DNA from: Dictyostelium discoideum
Taxonomy: Eukaryota
Length of the DNA stretch: 64,000 bases
Direction of reading: 5' to 3'
Assembly: GCA_000004695.1 (NCBI GenBank)
Contig: CM000150.2
Coordinates: 4,384,001 to 4,448,000, forward strand
The number at the start of each line of letters is the position of its first letter. Positions within the stretch are counted from its first letter, which is position 1. A model generated the notes under the pieces. It saw only the letters and a program-made list of their open reading frames with translations, ran no database searches and was not told where the DNA came from. Of the stretch, positions 16,985 to 33,240 are shown in pieces. The position numbers and the translations under genes are program-made.

Positions 16985-17510
16985 AAATTATTGATTCTGA
17001 ATGTTAAATTAGAAGAAGTTGAATATCATAGAACAAAAGGAAAATACACAAGAATTTAATATAAACAAATTTATGAGGGGTGAGTTGAGTGGAAAATAAA
17101 AAATAAAAATTGAAAAAAAAAAGAGGTAACCAACCCACCACCGCCACATATAATTTCTTTTAATTCTTAAATTTTTATATCTAGCCTACCTAACAAATTC
17201 AAAATATGTATTTTTTTATTTTATTTTTATTTTTTTTTTTTTATTAAATTAATAATAGTTTAATTAAAAAATTGTTAGGAAAAAAAAAAAAAAAAAAAGT
17301 AATTATTAAAAAATAAGGCTTTCATTGGGATTTTCAAAAGAAAGGTTCTGAAACAAAAAAAAAATTTTATAAAATCCTGGGACAAACAATTGTTTATGAT
17401 ATTTAAGATATTTTTTTTTTGTCGGCGAATTTTTCAAGCTTAAAAAAAAAAAAAAAATTATTCTAACGTTTTTTTATTTTTATTTTTATTTTTATTTTTT
17501 TAGGTTTTTG

Positions 17511-17544
<34 letters not shown>

Positions 17545-17608
17545 GTTTTTTTTGCATATCATATATAAACCATTATTGGGGACACATAGATGTACACAAC
17601 AAATATTA

Positions 17609-17653
<45 letters not shown>

Positions 17654-17702
17654 AAATTAAAACACACTTATATAAAAAAAAAAAAAAAATAAAAAAAAAA
17701 AA

Positions 17703-19287
17703 ATGGGAAGTGATGAAAGAAAACCACTTTTATCAATTAATGATGGTGATGATGATTTTAATCATCAAGATGTATCAACAAAAACACCACCAATTAAAAA
17801 AGAATCATTATCTAATAAATTTAAAAGTTTTTTAAAAAAATCAATGACAAAAGAAACTCTTCCAATTTTAATATATGTTTTATTATATATTATTTCTGGT
17901 GTTATTAATGTTGTTTTATTAAAAAAACTTATGATTAAATTTGTAAATTATGGTTTTTTCCTTAGTCAAATAACAAATTATGGGTAACTTTTAAAAATTA
18001 ATTTTATAAAAATAAAAAAAAAAAAAAAAAAATTTATTAACTTTTTTATTTATTAATAAAGTTATTTACCAATTTTTTTAGTTGCAATGTGGTATAAAAT
18101 GTATTGTACAAGTGATGTACCAAAAGAAACTAGAAATTTTCCACAATATAAATTTGTGATAATGGGATTATTGGATGCAATTAATGGTTTTTTCGTTGTG
18201 ATTGGTGGTGTTTCAACATCGGGTCCATTGCAACAGTTATTGAATCAAGCTATTATTCCATTCACAATGATTGCATCATTTATATTTTTAAGAGAACGTT
18301 ATTCATTATTTCAATTGGGTGGAGCAGCAGTGATTTTAGGTGGTGTTATAGTTTCATTGATTCCATCATTGGTTGGTGGTTCCTCTGGTGGTAATATTTT
18401 ATTTTATAATTTTTTTTACTTAATTTCAGTTATTCCAGGTGCACTTTCAAATGTTTATAAGGATATAGCTTTTCAATCGATTGATATGGATGTTTGGTAT
18501 TTACAATTCTGGGATTGTCTTTATCAATCTTTATTTGGTAGTATTCTATTCCCAGTTAATAATTGGTTACCACCACCAGCAACTATTAAATTCACTGAAA
18601 TTATACCATCTGTATGTATTTAATTTAATTACAATTCAATTAAATAATTATTTATTAATTTTTTATTTTTTTTAATTATAGATGAGAGATGGTGCATTAT
18701 GTTTAGGTGGTAAAAATACTATTTTACCAATTTTTAATGGTACAACATCAACATTGGCATTTGGATCATGTGGTATTAATGATAATTTTGTTTGTGATGA
18801 TTGTCATAATACATGGATTATAGTTTTAATTTATATGACAGTTAATATCGCTTATAATATTTTCATTTTATTAGTATTGAAACATGCTGGTGCAACCGTT
18901 TATTCAATTGCAAATACTGTGATTTTACCATTAACAAATATTTTCTTTTCAATTCATTTCATTATGGGTGCTGCAACTACACCATTCTCTGCTTTATCAG
19001 TTGCTGGTTTACTTTTAATTCTATTTGGTTTAGGTGGTTATCGTATTGGTTCAATGATTAAAAAACCACCTCCAGATTCAAAGAAAGATTCAGAACAACA
19101 AGGTGGTGAAGGAGGTGCTGGTGATGGCGATTCATCTGATAATAAAAATAATTTAGGTGATAGTGCTGAAATTCCTCAACAAATTCAACCAAAGACTCAA
19201 TTACATTTAAGAAATCAATTCTTTGGTAGATTAGGTATTGATATACCTGAATCAAGATATAGAGCTACAAATATTATTAATAATTAA
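17703..19287 (+). CDS. chloroquine-resistance-transporter-like (CRT-like, drug/metabolite transporter superfamily) membrane protein
   Basis: Three exons: 17703..17983, ~18062..18611, 18682..19287. Multiple TM helices and a CRT-like family pattern (IMGLLDAINGFFVVIGG, SNVYKDIAFQ). The exon-2 acceptor was chosen by phase (18060-61 AG); the alternative AG at 18080-81 is out of frame. Confidence 0.75.
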
Positions 19288-19939
19288 ATCAATGTATTAT
19301 TATTTTTTTGATTTTTAATATTTATATTCTATACATATATATATATATTTTTTTTTATTTAAAAAAAAAATAAAAAAATAAAAAAAAAATAAAAAAATAA
19401 TTATTATTATTTAAAAAATTTTAAATAAATAAAAATAAAAATAAAAAATAAAAAAAAAAAATAATATATATATGTTTAACTTTTTTTTTTTTACCAAATA
19501 ATTCATAATTTTTATTTTTCTTCATTTTCTTTTTTTTACTTTTTTTTTAACCCAGACCATTTTCATTATTTTTTTTATTTTTTTTTAAAAATATTATTTT
19601 AGTTTTTGGAAATAAAAAAAACAATAATATATTGGAAAAAATGATACTCAATTAGGTACACCATCGGGTATTCTTTTAATAATCAATTTTTTAAAAGTCA
19701 TTGAGAAATATTAATGTTTTTATAAATAAGTTATAATCAATAATTCAAAATTATAAAAAGAAAAAAAAAAAGAATTAAAAATGTTTAAATTATAATAAAA
19801 GATAGAAAAGGATTCAAATTTTAATAGATTTTTTTTTTCCCCCAATTTATATTTTTAAACACATTTTCCATAAAAAAAAGTGTAAACTAGTATTAAAATC
19901 TAATAGTAATAATATTAAAAATAATAATAATAATATTAA

Positions 19940-20155
19940 AAATGTTGATAATAAGTTAATTTATGTCCATTATGTAAAAAAGAAATTTCATCAGTAATTA
20001 GAGTTTTTTAAATAAAAATACCAACGTTTCTTGGTTACAAACAACACTTGTAAAAAAAAAAAAAAAATAAAAAATAATAAATAAATAAATAGAAAAATAA
20101 AAATAAATTATTAGTTTAAATTTCATTTGGAAGTGGTTGTCAAAGAAAGAAGGTA
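19940..20155 (+). pseudogene. duplicated 3-prime fragment (last RING-finger codons plus 3-prime UTR) of the downstream TPR-Kelch-MYND-RING gene
   Basis: 19944-20155 aligns at ~85-90% identity with 24026-24215: GTTGATAAYAAGTTAATTT..ATGTCC.TTATGTAAAAAAGAAATTTCATCAG ... TTTTTTAAATAAAAATACCAACGTTT.TTGGTTACAA.CAACACTTGTAAAAA ... TTTAAATTTCATTTGGAAGTGGTTGT. It lies ~270 bp upstream of the ATG of that same gene. Confidence 0.75.
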
Positions 20156-20294
20156 TTGGTGATACTAAAAATAAAATAATTTATTGGTGAAATTCAATTC
20201 ATTTTTTTTTGTATTTTTTAAAAAAAAAATAATTATTTTTTTTTTTTATTTGAGTTTTTTTTTTTTTTTTTATTAAATTATAAAACAATAACAA

Positions 20295-20395
<101 letters not shown>

Positions 20396-20423
20396 TAAAA
20401 ATAATAATAATAGTAATAATAAA

Positions 20424-24096
<3,673 letters not shown>

Positions 24097-24195
24097 ATAA
24101 AAATACCAACGTTTATTGGTTACAACCAACACTTGTAAAAAATAAAAAAATAAATAAATAAAATTATAGCCTTGTTTAAATTTCATTTGGAAGTG

Positions 24196-24244
<49 letters not shown>

Positions 24245-24355
24245 TCCACCAACTCGACAAAAGTCAAATATTTTTATATTTTTTTAAAATTATTAAAATT
24301 CAAATTTCATTTTTTTTATTCCAATTTTTTTTTTTTTTTTTTTTATAAACAAAGA

Positions 24356-24401
<46 letters not shown>

Positions 24402-25295
24402 AATCCACCATTCTTTTTTTTTCTTTTTCTTTTTAAAATTTTCAAAACTTTTATAAATTCAACATATATTGTGTAGATTTATTCATATAAAATTTTTTTA
24501 TTTTTGATATTAATATTAATTAACATGTTTTCTGGAATTTTTTTTTTTCAAAATAAAATTTAAAAAAAAATTATTCCAATTTGTATAATTTAAATAAAAA
24601 TAGTAATAATAAAATAATTACAATGTTTATAGTAATTAACAAGAAATCTAATCAATAAATTAAAAAATACTAATTTCAATCATTCTTTTTTGTTGGAATT
24701 TTCACAGTAAAATACGCTGTGTATACGTAGTGATAAAATTCACTAAAAATTTTTTTTTTTTTTTTTTTTAATATTAAAAACTATTAATTTAACCAAAACA
24801 ATAAAAAAACTATTTATAAACAGTTTTTTGATTGTTTTAAGATTATAATTTACAATTTACTTTCAACACCAAATTTTTTTTTTTTTTTTTTTTTTTCAAT
24901 TTTTGCTCCCTTCGTAAAAATGAAATAAAAAATTAAAGAAATATGAAAAAATGAAATAATAACAATAAATATTTTATTATTAATAATAATAATAATAATA
25001 AATAATTATAATAATTATAAATATAAGATTCAAAAGATTCAAAAGAAGAATTTTCATTAATGTTTATTAATTTAGAACGTAGTTGAAATCATAGAATCAT
25101 GACCCAACCAAAATTTGGTGGATTATCAAAGAAACCAACCCATCGATGTATATTGAAACATCTGTAAAAAAAAAGTTCATAAAACTTGGCCTTAAATCAC
25201 CTCAGATTACATAAATAAATAAAAAAATATATAAATAAAAAAATAAAAAAAATTAATTCACTGTGTAATAAATAAAAAATAGTAATAAAAAAATA

Positions 25296-25313
25296 AATAA
25301 ATAAATAAATAAG

Positions 25314-25364
<51 letters not shown>

Positions 25365-25395
25365 GTAAATAAATAAGTAAATAAGTAAATAAATA
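25296..25395. repeat. (AAAT)n / (TAAA)n microsatellite
   Basis: Direct reading. It explains the spurious ORF 25197..25424. Confidence 0.9.
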
Positions 25396-26083
25396 AAAAT
25401 TACTCCACAACCTTTTTTTTTCATTTATTTTTTTAACTCAAAAATTATATCGTTCTCTCCTTATTTTATAAAATTTTATTCTTTTCTTTTTTTTTTTTTT
25501 TTTTTTTTTTTTTGTTAAACGTCATTATTGTCTTTAAGATACTCTCAATTGATATAAAAAAAATAAAAAAATAACAAATAATTAAATTTTAGTATTTTTT
25601 TTTTTTTCAAGTGAAATTAATTTTTTAGTTAATACCATAGCTTACATATTCCCAAAGCACAATATATACTTTTCTAAATATATGAGACCAATTAACTTAA
25701 AAAAAAAAAAAAAAAAAAGAAATTATTAGGGAAAAAAAATGGAAAATTTAAATGAAGAAATTAAAAATAAAAGTTTTTCCTCATATTAAAATTATTTAAA
25801 TTAAAATTTTATGTATTACTAAAATTATAGGAATGGATATATTATATACCAACATTTTTTGGTATATCTGGCAAAATTGAGATCAAGATTTTTGTCCTGG
25901 CTTCACCATACAAACATAAACATATCATGATAACAGCAAATTACAATAAGAATGTTAATAAAAAAAAAATTCAAAAATAAAAATATTAATGTGTACTATA
26001 TATGAGAAGCTTTATTGATTTTACTAACTTATTATTTTTTAAGAAATCTATTTGATAGAGATGTTTTCCTCTGAAAAATTCCG

Positions 26084-28006
26084 TCAATCTAATTCGTCTA
26101 CTTTGTTGTTTGAACTCTTTGGTGAATCATTTGACATACCACCTGGCATACCACCACCTTGTGGCATACCTCCTTCTTGATAGAGTTTACTCATGATTGG
26201 ATTGACAACTGCTTCTAAGGCTTTCATCTTATCTTCATATTCATCCTTTTCTGCGGTTTGATTTGATTCTAACCATTTGAGTACACTTTCAGTTTCAGAT
26301 TCAATAGTTGATTTATCTGAATCTGAAATTTTGGCTGCAACTTTTTCATCTTTAATTGAATTTTTAACAGTGAATGCATAATTTTCCAATTTATTCTTTG
26401 ATTCAACACGATCTTTTTGTTGTTCATCTTGTTGTTTGAATTTCTCTGCATCAGCAACCATTTTTTCAATTTCTTCTTTTGAAAGACGACCTTTATCATT
26501 GGTAATTGTAATCTTTTGTTTGTTACCAGTTGATTTATCTTCAGCTGATACATTTAAGATACCATTTGCATCAACATCAAATGTAACTTCAACTTGTGGT
26601 ACACCTCTTGGTGCTGGTGGAATACCAGAAAGTTCAAATTTACCCAATAAATTATTATCTTTGGTCATAGCACGTTCACCTTCATAAACTTGAATTAATA
26701 CACCTGGTTGATTATCAGAGTATGTAGAGAAGGTTTGAGTTTTCTTACATGGAATTGTTGTATTTCTTGGAATAAGAGTTGTCATAACACCACCAGCAGT
26801 TTCTAAACCCATTGATAATGGTGCAACATCTAACAATAAAAGATCAGCAACTTTAGCACCACCTTCATTTGAAAGAATTGCAGCTTGTACAGCGGCACCA
26901 TAAGCAACAGCTTCATCTGGATTAATTGATTTATTCAATTCTTTACCATTGAAAAATTCTTGTAATAATTGTTGTACCTTTGGAATACGAGTTGAACCAC
27001 CAACTAAAACAATTTCATGAATTGATTTCTTATCCAATTTACTATCTTTTAATACTTTTTCAACTGGATCTAAACAACCACGGAAAAGATCAGCACAGAG
27101 TTCTTCAAAACGTGCTCTAGTAATTGAAGTATAGAAATCAATACCTTCAAAGAGTGAATCAATTTCAATTGAAGCTTGAGCAGATGATGAAAGAGTTCTT
27201 TTGGCACGTTCACAAGCAGTTCTTAAACGACGAACAGCACGTTGATTACCCATAATATCTTTTTTATGTTTACGTTTAAATTCATCAACAAAGTGAGAAA
27301 CGAGACGATTATCAAAATCTTCACCACCTAAATGAGTATCACCAGCGGTGGCTTTAACTTCAAATACACCATCTTCAATGGTAAGGAGAGAAACATCAAA
27401 TGTACCACCACCTAAATCGAAAATTAAAATATTCTTTTCACCAGAACCTTTCTTTTCTAAACCATAAGCAATAGCAGCAGCAGTTGGTTCATTAATAATA
27501 CGTTGAACATTTAATTTTGAAATTGTACCAGCATCTTTGGTTGCTTGACGTTGACTATCATTGAAATAAGCTGGAACGGTAATTACAGCATTATTAATGG
27601 TTTTACCAAGATAAGCTTCAGCGGTTTCTTTCATTTTTAAGAGTACCATTGAAGAGATTTCTTCTGGTGAGAAAACTTTAGTTTCACCTTTGAATTCAAC
27701 TTGAATATGTGGCTTATCACCATCCTTTGGAATAACTTTGAATGGCCAATGTTTCATATCACTTTGAACTTCTTTGTCACTAAATTTACGACCAATTAAA
27801 CGTTTAGCATCAAATACTGTATTGGTTGGATTCATTGCAACTTGATTCTTTGCAGCATCACCAATTAAACGTTCTGTATCAGTAAATGCAACATAAGATG
27901 GAGTGGTTCTATTACCTTGATCATTTGCAATAATTTCAACACGATCATTTTGCCAAACACCAACACATGAATATGTTGTACCTAAATCAATACCAATTGA
28001 TGACAT
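26084..28006 (-). CDS. Hsp70 family chaperone, cytosolic type (640 aa, intronless)
   Basis: [39 protein letters not shown] and the rest of the canonical Hsp70 ATPase and substrate-binding domains. No signal peptide or organellar presequence. C-terminus GGMPGGM...NNKVDELD rather than EEVD. Confidence 0.95.
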   Translation of the reverse strand: MSSIGIDLGTTYSCVGVWQNDRVEIIANDQGNRTTPSYVAFTDTERLIGDAAKNQVAMNPTNTVFDAKRLIGRKFSDKEVQSDMKHWPFKVIPKDGDKPHIQVEFKGETKVFSPEEISSMVLLKMKETAEAYLGKTINNAVITVPAYFNDSQRQATKDAGTISKLNVQRIINEPTAAAIAYGLEKKGSGEKNILIFDLGGGTFDVSLLTIEDGVFEVKATAGDTHLGGEDFDNRLVSHFVDEFKRKHKKDIMGNQRAVRRLRTACERAKRTLSSSAQASIEIDSLFEGIDFYTSITRARFEELCADLFRGCLDPVEKVLKDSKLDKKSIHEIVLVGGSTRIPKVQQLLQEFFNGKELNKSINPDEAVAYGAAVQAAILSNEGGAKVADLLLLDVAPLSMGLETAGGVMTTLIPRNTTIPCKKTQTFSTYSDNQPGVLIQVYEGERAMTKDNNLLGKFELSGIPPAPRGVPQVEVTFDVDANGILNVSAEDKSTGNKQKITITNDKGRLSKEEIEKMVADAEKFKQQDEQQKDRVESKNKLENYAFTVKNSIKDEKVAAKISDSDKSTIESETESVLKWLESNQTAEKDEYEDKMKALEAVVNPIMSKLYQEGGMPQGGGMPGGMSNDSPKSSNNKVDELD

Positions 28007-28304
28007 TTTTTAATATTTAATTATTTAATATTCTTTTATAAAAAAAAAAAAAAAATTTTAAAATGTTAATAAAAAATAATTATTTAATAAAAAAAAAAAT
28101 AAAGTAATAATAATAATAAAAATAAAAAAAATAAAAATTTGGAATTTATTAAAAAAAAAATAATATATATATATATATAAAAATATATAATAAATTAAAT
28201 AATACAAAAAAAAAAAATAATTATTATTATTATTTTTTTTGTTGTTCAAATTAAATAAAAAATATAAAAAATATAAAAATTTTTATTCTTGATAGTGTGT
28301 GTGT

Positions 28305-28370
28305 GTTTGTTTGTTTTGAATGTGTTTGTGTGTTTTTGTTTGGTAACTTACTATATGTATGTGTGTGAAT
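28305..28370. other. GT-rich (CA-rich on the Hsp70 strand) tract ~300-360 bp upstream of the Hsp70 ATG
   Basis: GTGTGTGTGTTTGTTTGTTTTGAATGTGTTTGTGTGTTTTTGTTTGG is unusual in this AT-rich intergenic context. Similar GT-rich patches occur at 2860-3060, 43660-43700 and 44740-44910. Confidence 0.5.
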
Positions 28371-28846
28371 TAAAAAAAAAATTATTATTTATTTATTTAT
28401 TTACAAAAATTTATATACAAAAAAATTAATCTTTATATATTTATACTATTATTATTATTATAAATTAAATTGAACTACTGAATTAACAATAATGAAAGAT
28501 TTTTATTTGGGGTTTAAATAATTTTTTTTTTTTTTTAAATTTTCAACCACTGGATTTTTTTTTTGGTTTTTGGATGAAATTTAAAAAAAAATCCATAAAT
28601 TTTTATCGTAAAATTTTGAGATTTAATGGGATTTCACATAGTTTCACCCAAAAAGGTTTCAAGATCCCAAATAAAAATTTTTTAAATTTTTTTTTTTTTT
28701 TATTTTTTTTTTTTTTATTTTTATTTTTATTTTTTTATTTTTTTATTTTTTTTTTATGTTGAATCGTAAAAAAAATTAATTTTTTTAAAATTTTTTTCCT
28801 TATTAATTTTTTACGATCCAATGAACGCATGTGATTAATTTTATTG

Positions 28847-28884
<38 letters not shown>

Positions 28885-28998
28885 ATGATAATAATAATAA
28901 TAAATAAATACAATGAATTTACTTTAAAATATGGAATAGTAATAAAACAAAAAAATTTAATGGAAAGAAGAAAAAAAAAAAATAGTGGAAAAAAAGAG

Positions 28999-29030
<32 letters not shown>

Positions 29031-29093
29031 ATAATAATAATAATAAATAAATACAATGAAGTTAACTTACTACTTTTATTTTAACAATAATGA

Positions 29094-29125
<32 letters not shown>

Positions 29126-29498
29126 TATTATTAAAAAAAAATTATTAAAAAAAAAAATAATAAAAAAAAAAATAAAAAAAAAAATAAAATTAAATCCAAT
29201 TTCGAAAAAAAAAAGGGGTGCGAGTTCAGTGGCAAATTTACTTTTTTTTTTTTTGAAAAATAATTATTGTTAACACAAAGATATTTTTAATTTTTTTTTT
29301 ATTTTTTTTTATTTTTTTTTTTTTTTTAAATTTTAATTTTTTTAATTTTTTATTTTATTATTAAAACACTGTAAATTAATTTCTTATTTTCACATTAAAT
29401 AAAAAAATTCAAGTTTTATTGTAATATTTTTATTTTAATTTTAATTTTTATTTTAATTTTTTATTATTATTTATTATTATTATTTTTTTTTTTTTTTA

Positions 29499-30514
29499 TT
29501 AAAAATTTAAAATATTTAAATTATTATCAATTGAACCAATTATTAAATTATTATTATTATTATTATTATTTAATAATAAATCAAATGATTTTATAAAATC
29601 TAAAGATTTATATTTAAAAATAATTTCTTGAGTTTTAATATTAAAAATTTTTAAATATGAATCATCCGATATTGAAATTAATTCATTAAAATTATTTTCA
29701 TTAAACGATAATTGATTAATACCTAATTCATGTAATTTCCAATTTTTATTATTATCATTATCATTTGAATTATCGATTGAATTGGTTGTTGGTGGTGGTG
29801 TTAAAACTCTAATATCAAATTGTTTAATTGTACCATTTTTTAAACCTGCATAAAATAAATAATCATTTTCTTTACTCCAACAAATTGAATTTACTGGTAT
29901 ACCATTTGTTTCATTTAAAAATATACTTTTATTTTTATTACCACCATTATTACCAATATTACTAATATTAATTCTTGAATCCCAAATTACAATACCATTA
30001 TCTGATGCTGATAAAAATAAAAAATCATTAAATTCTGACCAAATCGTTTGATTAATTTTTTTATAATGTACTAAATTTATTATAAATTATTAAAAATAAA
30101 AAAAAAAAAAAGAAAAAAAAAAAAAAAAGAAAAAATTAATATCACATGCAAAAAAAAATTAAAAAAAAAAAAAGAAAAAAATTTACATGAAAATTCAGAA
30201 ATTAAAGAATTTGTATTAATATCCCATTGTTTAATTAATTTATCCCAACCAGATGATAATAATTGTTTTGTATTTAAATTTAAATTTAAATGAGAAATTA
30301 TAGAGTTATTATGAACTTTTTCAAATAAAATATCATCATCTTTTAATATATTCTTTTTTGATGGTTTATCTTCATTATCATTTTCTTTTAAACAACTATT
30401 TAATAAATAAATATTTGAATCATCACCTGAAACTAAACATTTTTCATTATCAATCCATTCTAAACATGTCGTACCAGAATAAAATGGTATTGATTTATTT
30501 GGTATTTCATTAAA

Positions 30515-30550
<36 letters not shown>

Positions 30551-30682
30551 GATAATATTATTATTTATATCAAAAAATTCTACTGAACCATTCCATACAG
30601 AATTTGTAAGATTACTTTTACAAACACCTAATTTTGTTTTATCATTATTTAATTTTAAAAAACTAATTGAAGATGGTATCAT
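29499..30682 (-). CDS. WD40-repeat protein (~355 aa)
   Basis: Two exons: 30682..30187 and 30070..29499 (GTAAAT donor, phase 1). WD-repeat signatures LVSGDDSNIYLL, SGWDKLIKQWDI, SASDNGIVIWDSR, GLKNGTIKQFDI. Confidence 0.7.
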
Positions 30683-30713
30683 TACTTTATTAATTTTTTT
30701 TTTTTTTTGAATG

Positions 30714-30747
<34 letters not shown>

Positions 30748-30778
30748 TGGTGATTTTCGAGATTTTTTAGAAAAAAAA

Positions 30779-30810
<32 letters not shown>

Positions 30811-31135
30811 ATTTAATTAGTTTTCACCCAAAGCCTCACAGTTTTTTGATAATGCCTAAAAAAAAAAAAAAAAAAATTTTAAAAATTAATCCAAATTTTT
30901 TTTTTTAAAATAAAAAAAAAAAAAAAAAAGTAAGTGGGAAAATTGTTTAAGAATTAAATTCGGGTCTTGATCCGAATTGGATGGAATTATATAAAAAAAA
31001 AAAAAAAAAAAAAAGAAAATTTTATTTATTTATATATTTATTTAATTTTTTAGATACAACACTTGTAAAATTACAATTTTTTTTTTATTTTTTTTTTTAA
31101 TTTTTTAATTTTTTTTTTTTTTATTTTTAAAAATA

Positions 31136-31508
31136 TTAATATAACATTTGACCCATTGAATCATAAAAACAAATCATTTTACAAAATTTATCAGAATTTG
31201 AAGCAGCTTTAATAAATTCTTCTTTATTCATTCCTTTTTTTTTATTTGACATATTTTCAGCTGAACAAATTGAAAATACATAATTTGTTACACCACTATA
31301 ATCCATACCCAATGATGTACCACATGCAACTGCAACTCCAATTAATTTTTCAACTTCATCAACTTCAAGATGACCACTTTGATCTTTATCAAATAAATCA
31401 AATAAAAGACTTAATTTTTCAACAACTGGTGCTTTTGTCATAATATATAATGATGTTACAAATTCTTTAAAATCTAATATTCCATTCTAATTAATTAATT
31501 AAATAAGT

Positions 31509-31547
<39 letters not shown>

Positions 31548-31868
31548 AAATTAATATTATTAATAATTAATTATTATTTATTATCTAATATTATTTTATT
31601 AATTTTTTTTTTTTTTTTAAAAAAAATAACATACACAATCAGTATCAAATAATTTAAATAATTGTATTAATAAATCTTTATCCCAATCTCTGAAACGACA
31701 ATAAAAGAAATCTATAAATTCAGATTCTGTAAAACCAGATTTTTTATCTTTTGATGAGTATTCATTATAATCTTTACTAAGTTTATCAATTTGATCTTTT
31801 GTATAATTTGTTTTTTTAATTAATTCATTAATTTCTTCTTTTGATAATTTTGTATTTCCAGCTCCCAT
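31136..31868 (-). CDS. N-myristoylated EF-hand calcium-binding protein (NCS/calcineurin-B-like, ~195 aa)
   Basis: Two exons: 31868..31635 and 31486..31136. MGAGNTK myristoylation motif. EF-hand loops DTDC|NGILDFKE (split by the intron) and DKDQSGHLEVDE. Confidence 0.75.
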
Positions 31869-31998
31869 TTTTTTAAATTTTTTAAATTAAAAAAAAGTTA
31901 TATATATATATATATATATTTATTATTTATAAAAAAAAAATAAATAAATAATTATTAAAAAAAAAAAAAAAAAAAAAAAAAATATCTTTTTTATAAAT

Positions 31999-32051
<53 letters not shown>

Positions 32052-32313
32052 CTTTTCTATTTTTTTCTTTGGTTTTGGTTGAATGTCACAAAAAAATCAA
32101 TGTCACACACAATTTCAAATAATTTCCGCATAATTTCATTTTTTTTTATTTATTTTTTATTTCATTTTATTTTTTTTTTTATGTAAGTTTCAAAAGATCT
32201 AAATATGTGTTGGGGAATCCTTTTTTTTTTTTTTTTTTTTTTTTTTGTTTATGGTAAAAACATCACAAATGTGGCTAATAGTGATTAAAATAAAATTTAT
32301 TATTTTTGTTAAT

Positions 32314-32897
32314 TTATTCTAATGAAGTTGCAACATAATCTGCTCTTAAATTATAAGCTCTTGCATTTCTCCATACATAGAAACGAGCTTTAAATCCTTT
32401 GGTTGTTACATTAATTGCTTGAACATCAACACGAGTTTGTTGGTAAACATTTGTACCAGTTGCATCAGCAGATGTTGTATCGATATGACCTAATGTAATT
32501 GCAATCAATGGAATTGATTTAAATTCGACTGGGAATAAAACATCAACAAGAATTTCACGAGCACCAGTATTTGTAGTACTATTTAAAACAGTATCAGCAC
32601 CTGGTGAAATATTTCTACCAACTTGAGTGAAACTGTGTTGTTCAATTTCAGCATATAATTCAAATCTTAATGAAATATGAGTATTCCAAGTCAATGGACA
32701 AATAGCAATTGAACGAGCTCTAATTGGAGTATCAAAGAAATGAGTGGTAACTGTATTACGATCACTATTAGCAGCAATAGAACTACCATTTCTATACTCT
32801 TTCCAATTAACACCATCAAGAGTATAACGAACTTTAAATGATGTTACCCATTGATCCACTATTATTTATTCAAATTATTAAATTAATAAATTTTATT

Positions 32898-32973
<76 letters not shown>

Positions 32974-33227
32974 AAAAACTTACAATCACCACGACCTTGA
33001 ATTGCTAAAGAAACATAGGTTTTTGGATTTTCAGAACCAGCCATAATGTATTGATTAGTATCGAGAATAGCAGCACACCAAGCTTCTGAACCACCTTGAG
33101 TATTTGGAGCACCATTTTTAAAATTTAAAACACTATTAAATTGAGTGTGAACACCATTAAAATTAGTTGAAGTTCTAAGATTAACAAGAGAGTTATAAAC
33201 TACTGGAACTAAATTTGCTGTTGACAT
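32314..33227 (-). CDS. discoidin-I-family lectin, copy 1 (N-terminal discoidin/F5-8 type C domain + C-terminal H-type lectin domain)
   Basis: Two exons: 33227..32984 and 32858..32314 (phase 1; junction reads RGD-L-DQW). Strong similarity to discoidin I throughout: [92 protein letters not shown]. The ORF-track M at 32859 is a GTG inside the exon, not a start codon. Confidence 0.85.
32899..32971. repeat. A73 homopolymer (T73 on the gene strand) making up most of discoidin copy-1 intron 1
   Basis: Direct reading. Intron 32983..32859 is GTAAGTTTTTAAT + T73 + a short AT-rich tail ending AATAG. Confidence 0.95.
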
Positions 33228-33240
33228 TTTTTTTTTTTTT

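Noticed and set aside
28007-28500. Heat-shock elements (nGAAnnTTCnnGAAn) upstream of the Hsp70 gene
   Set aside because: I scanned the 500 bp upstream by eye. Only isolated GAA/TTC half-sites turned up (e.g. TGGAATTTATT), with no clean triple-unit HSE, so I do not call it. A proper PWM scan is needed.
32857-32859. Met start listed for the second discoidin ORF (MDQWVTS), likewise at 35107-35109
   Set aside because: The codon is GTG inside exon 2. The true start is the ATG of exon 1 (33227 / 35469), and the two exons are joined across the T-homopolymer intron.
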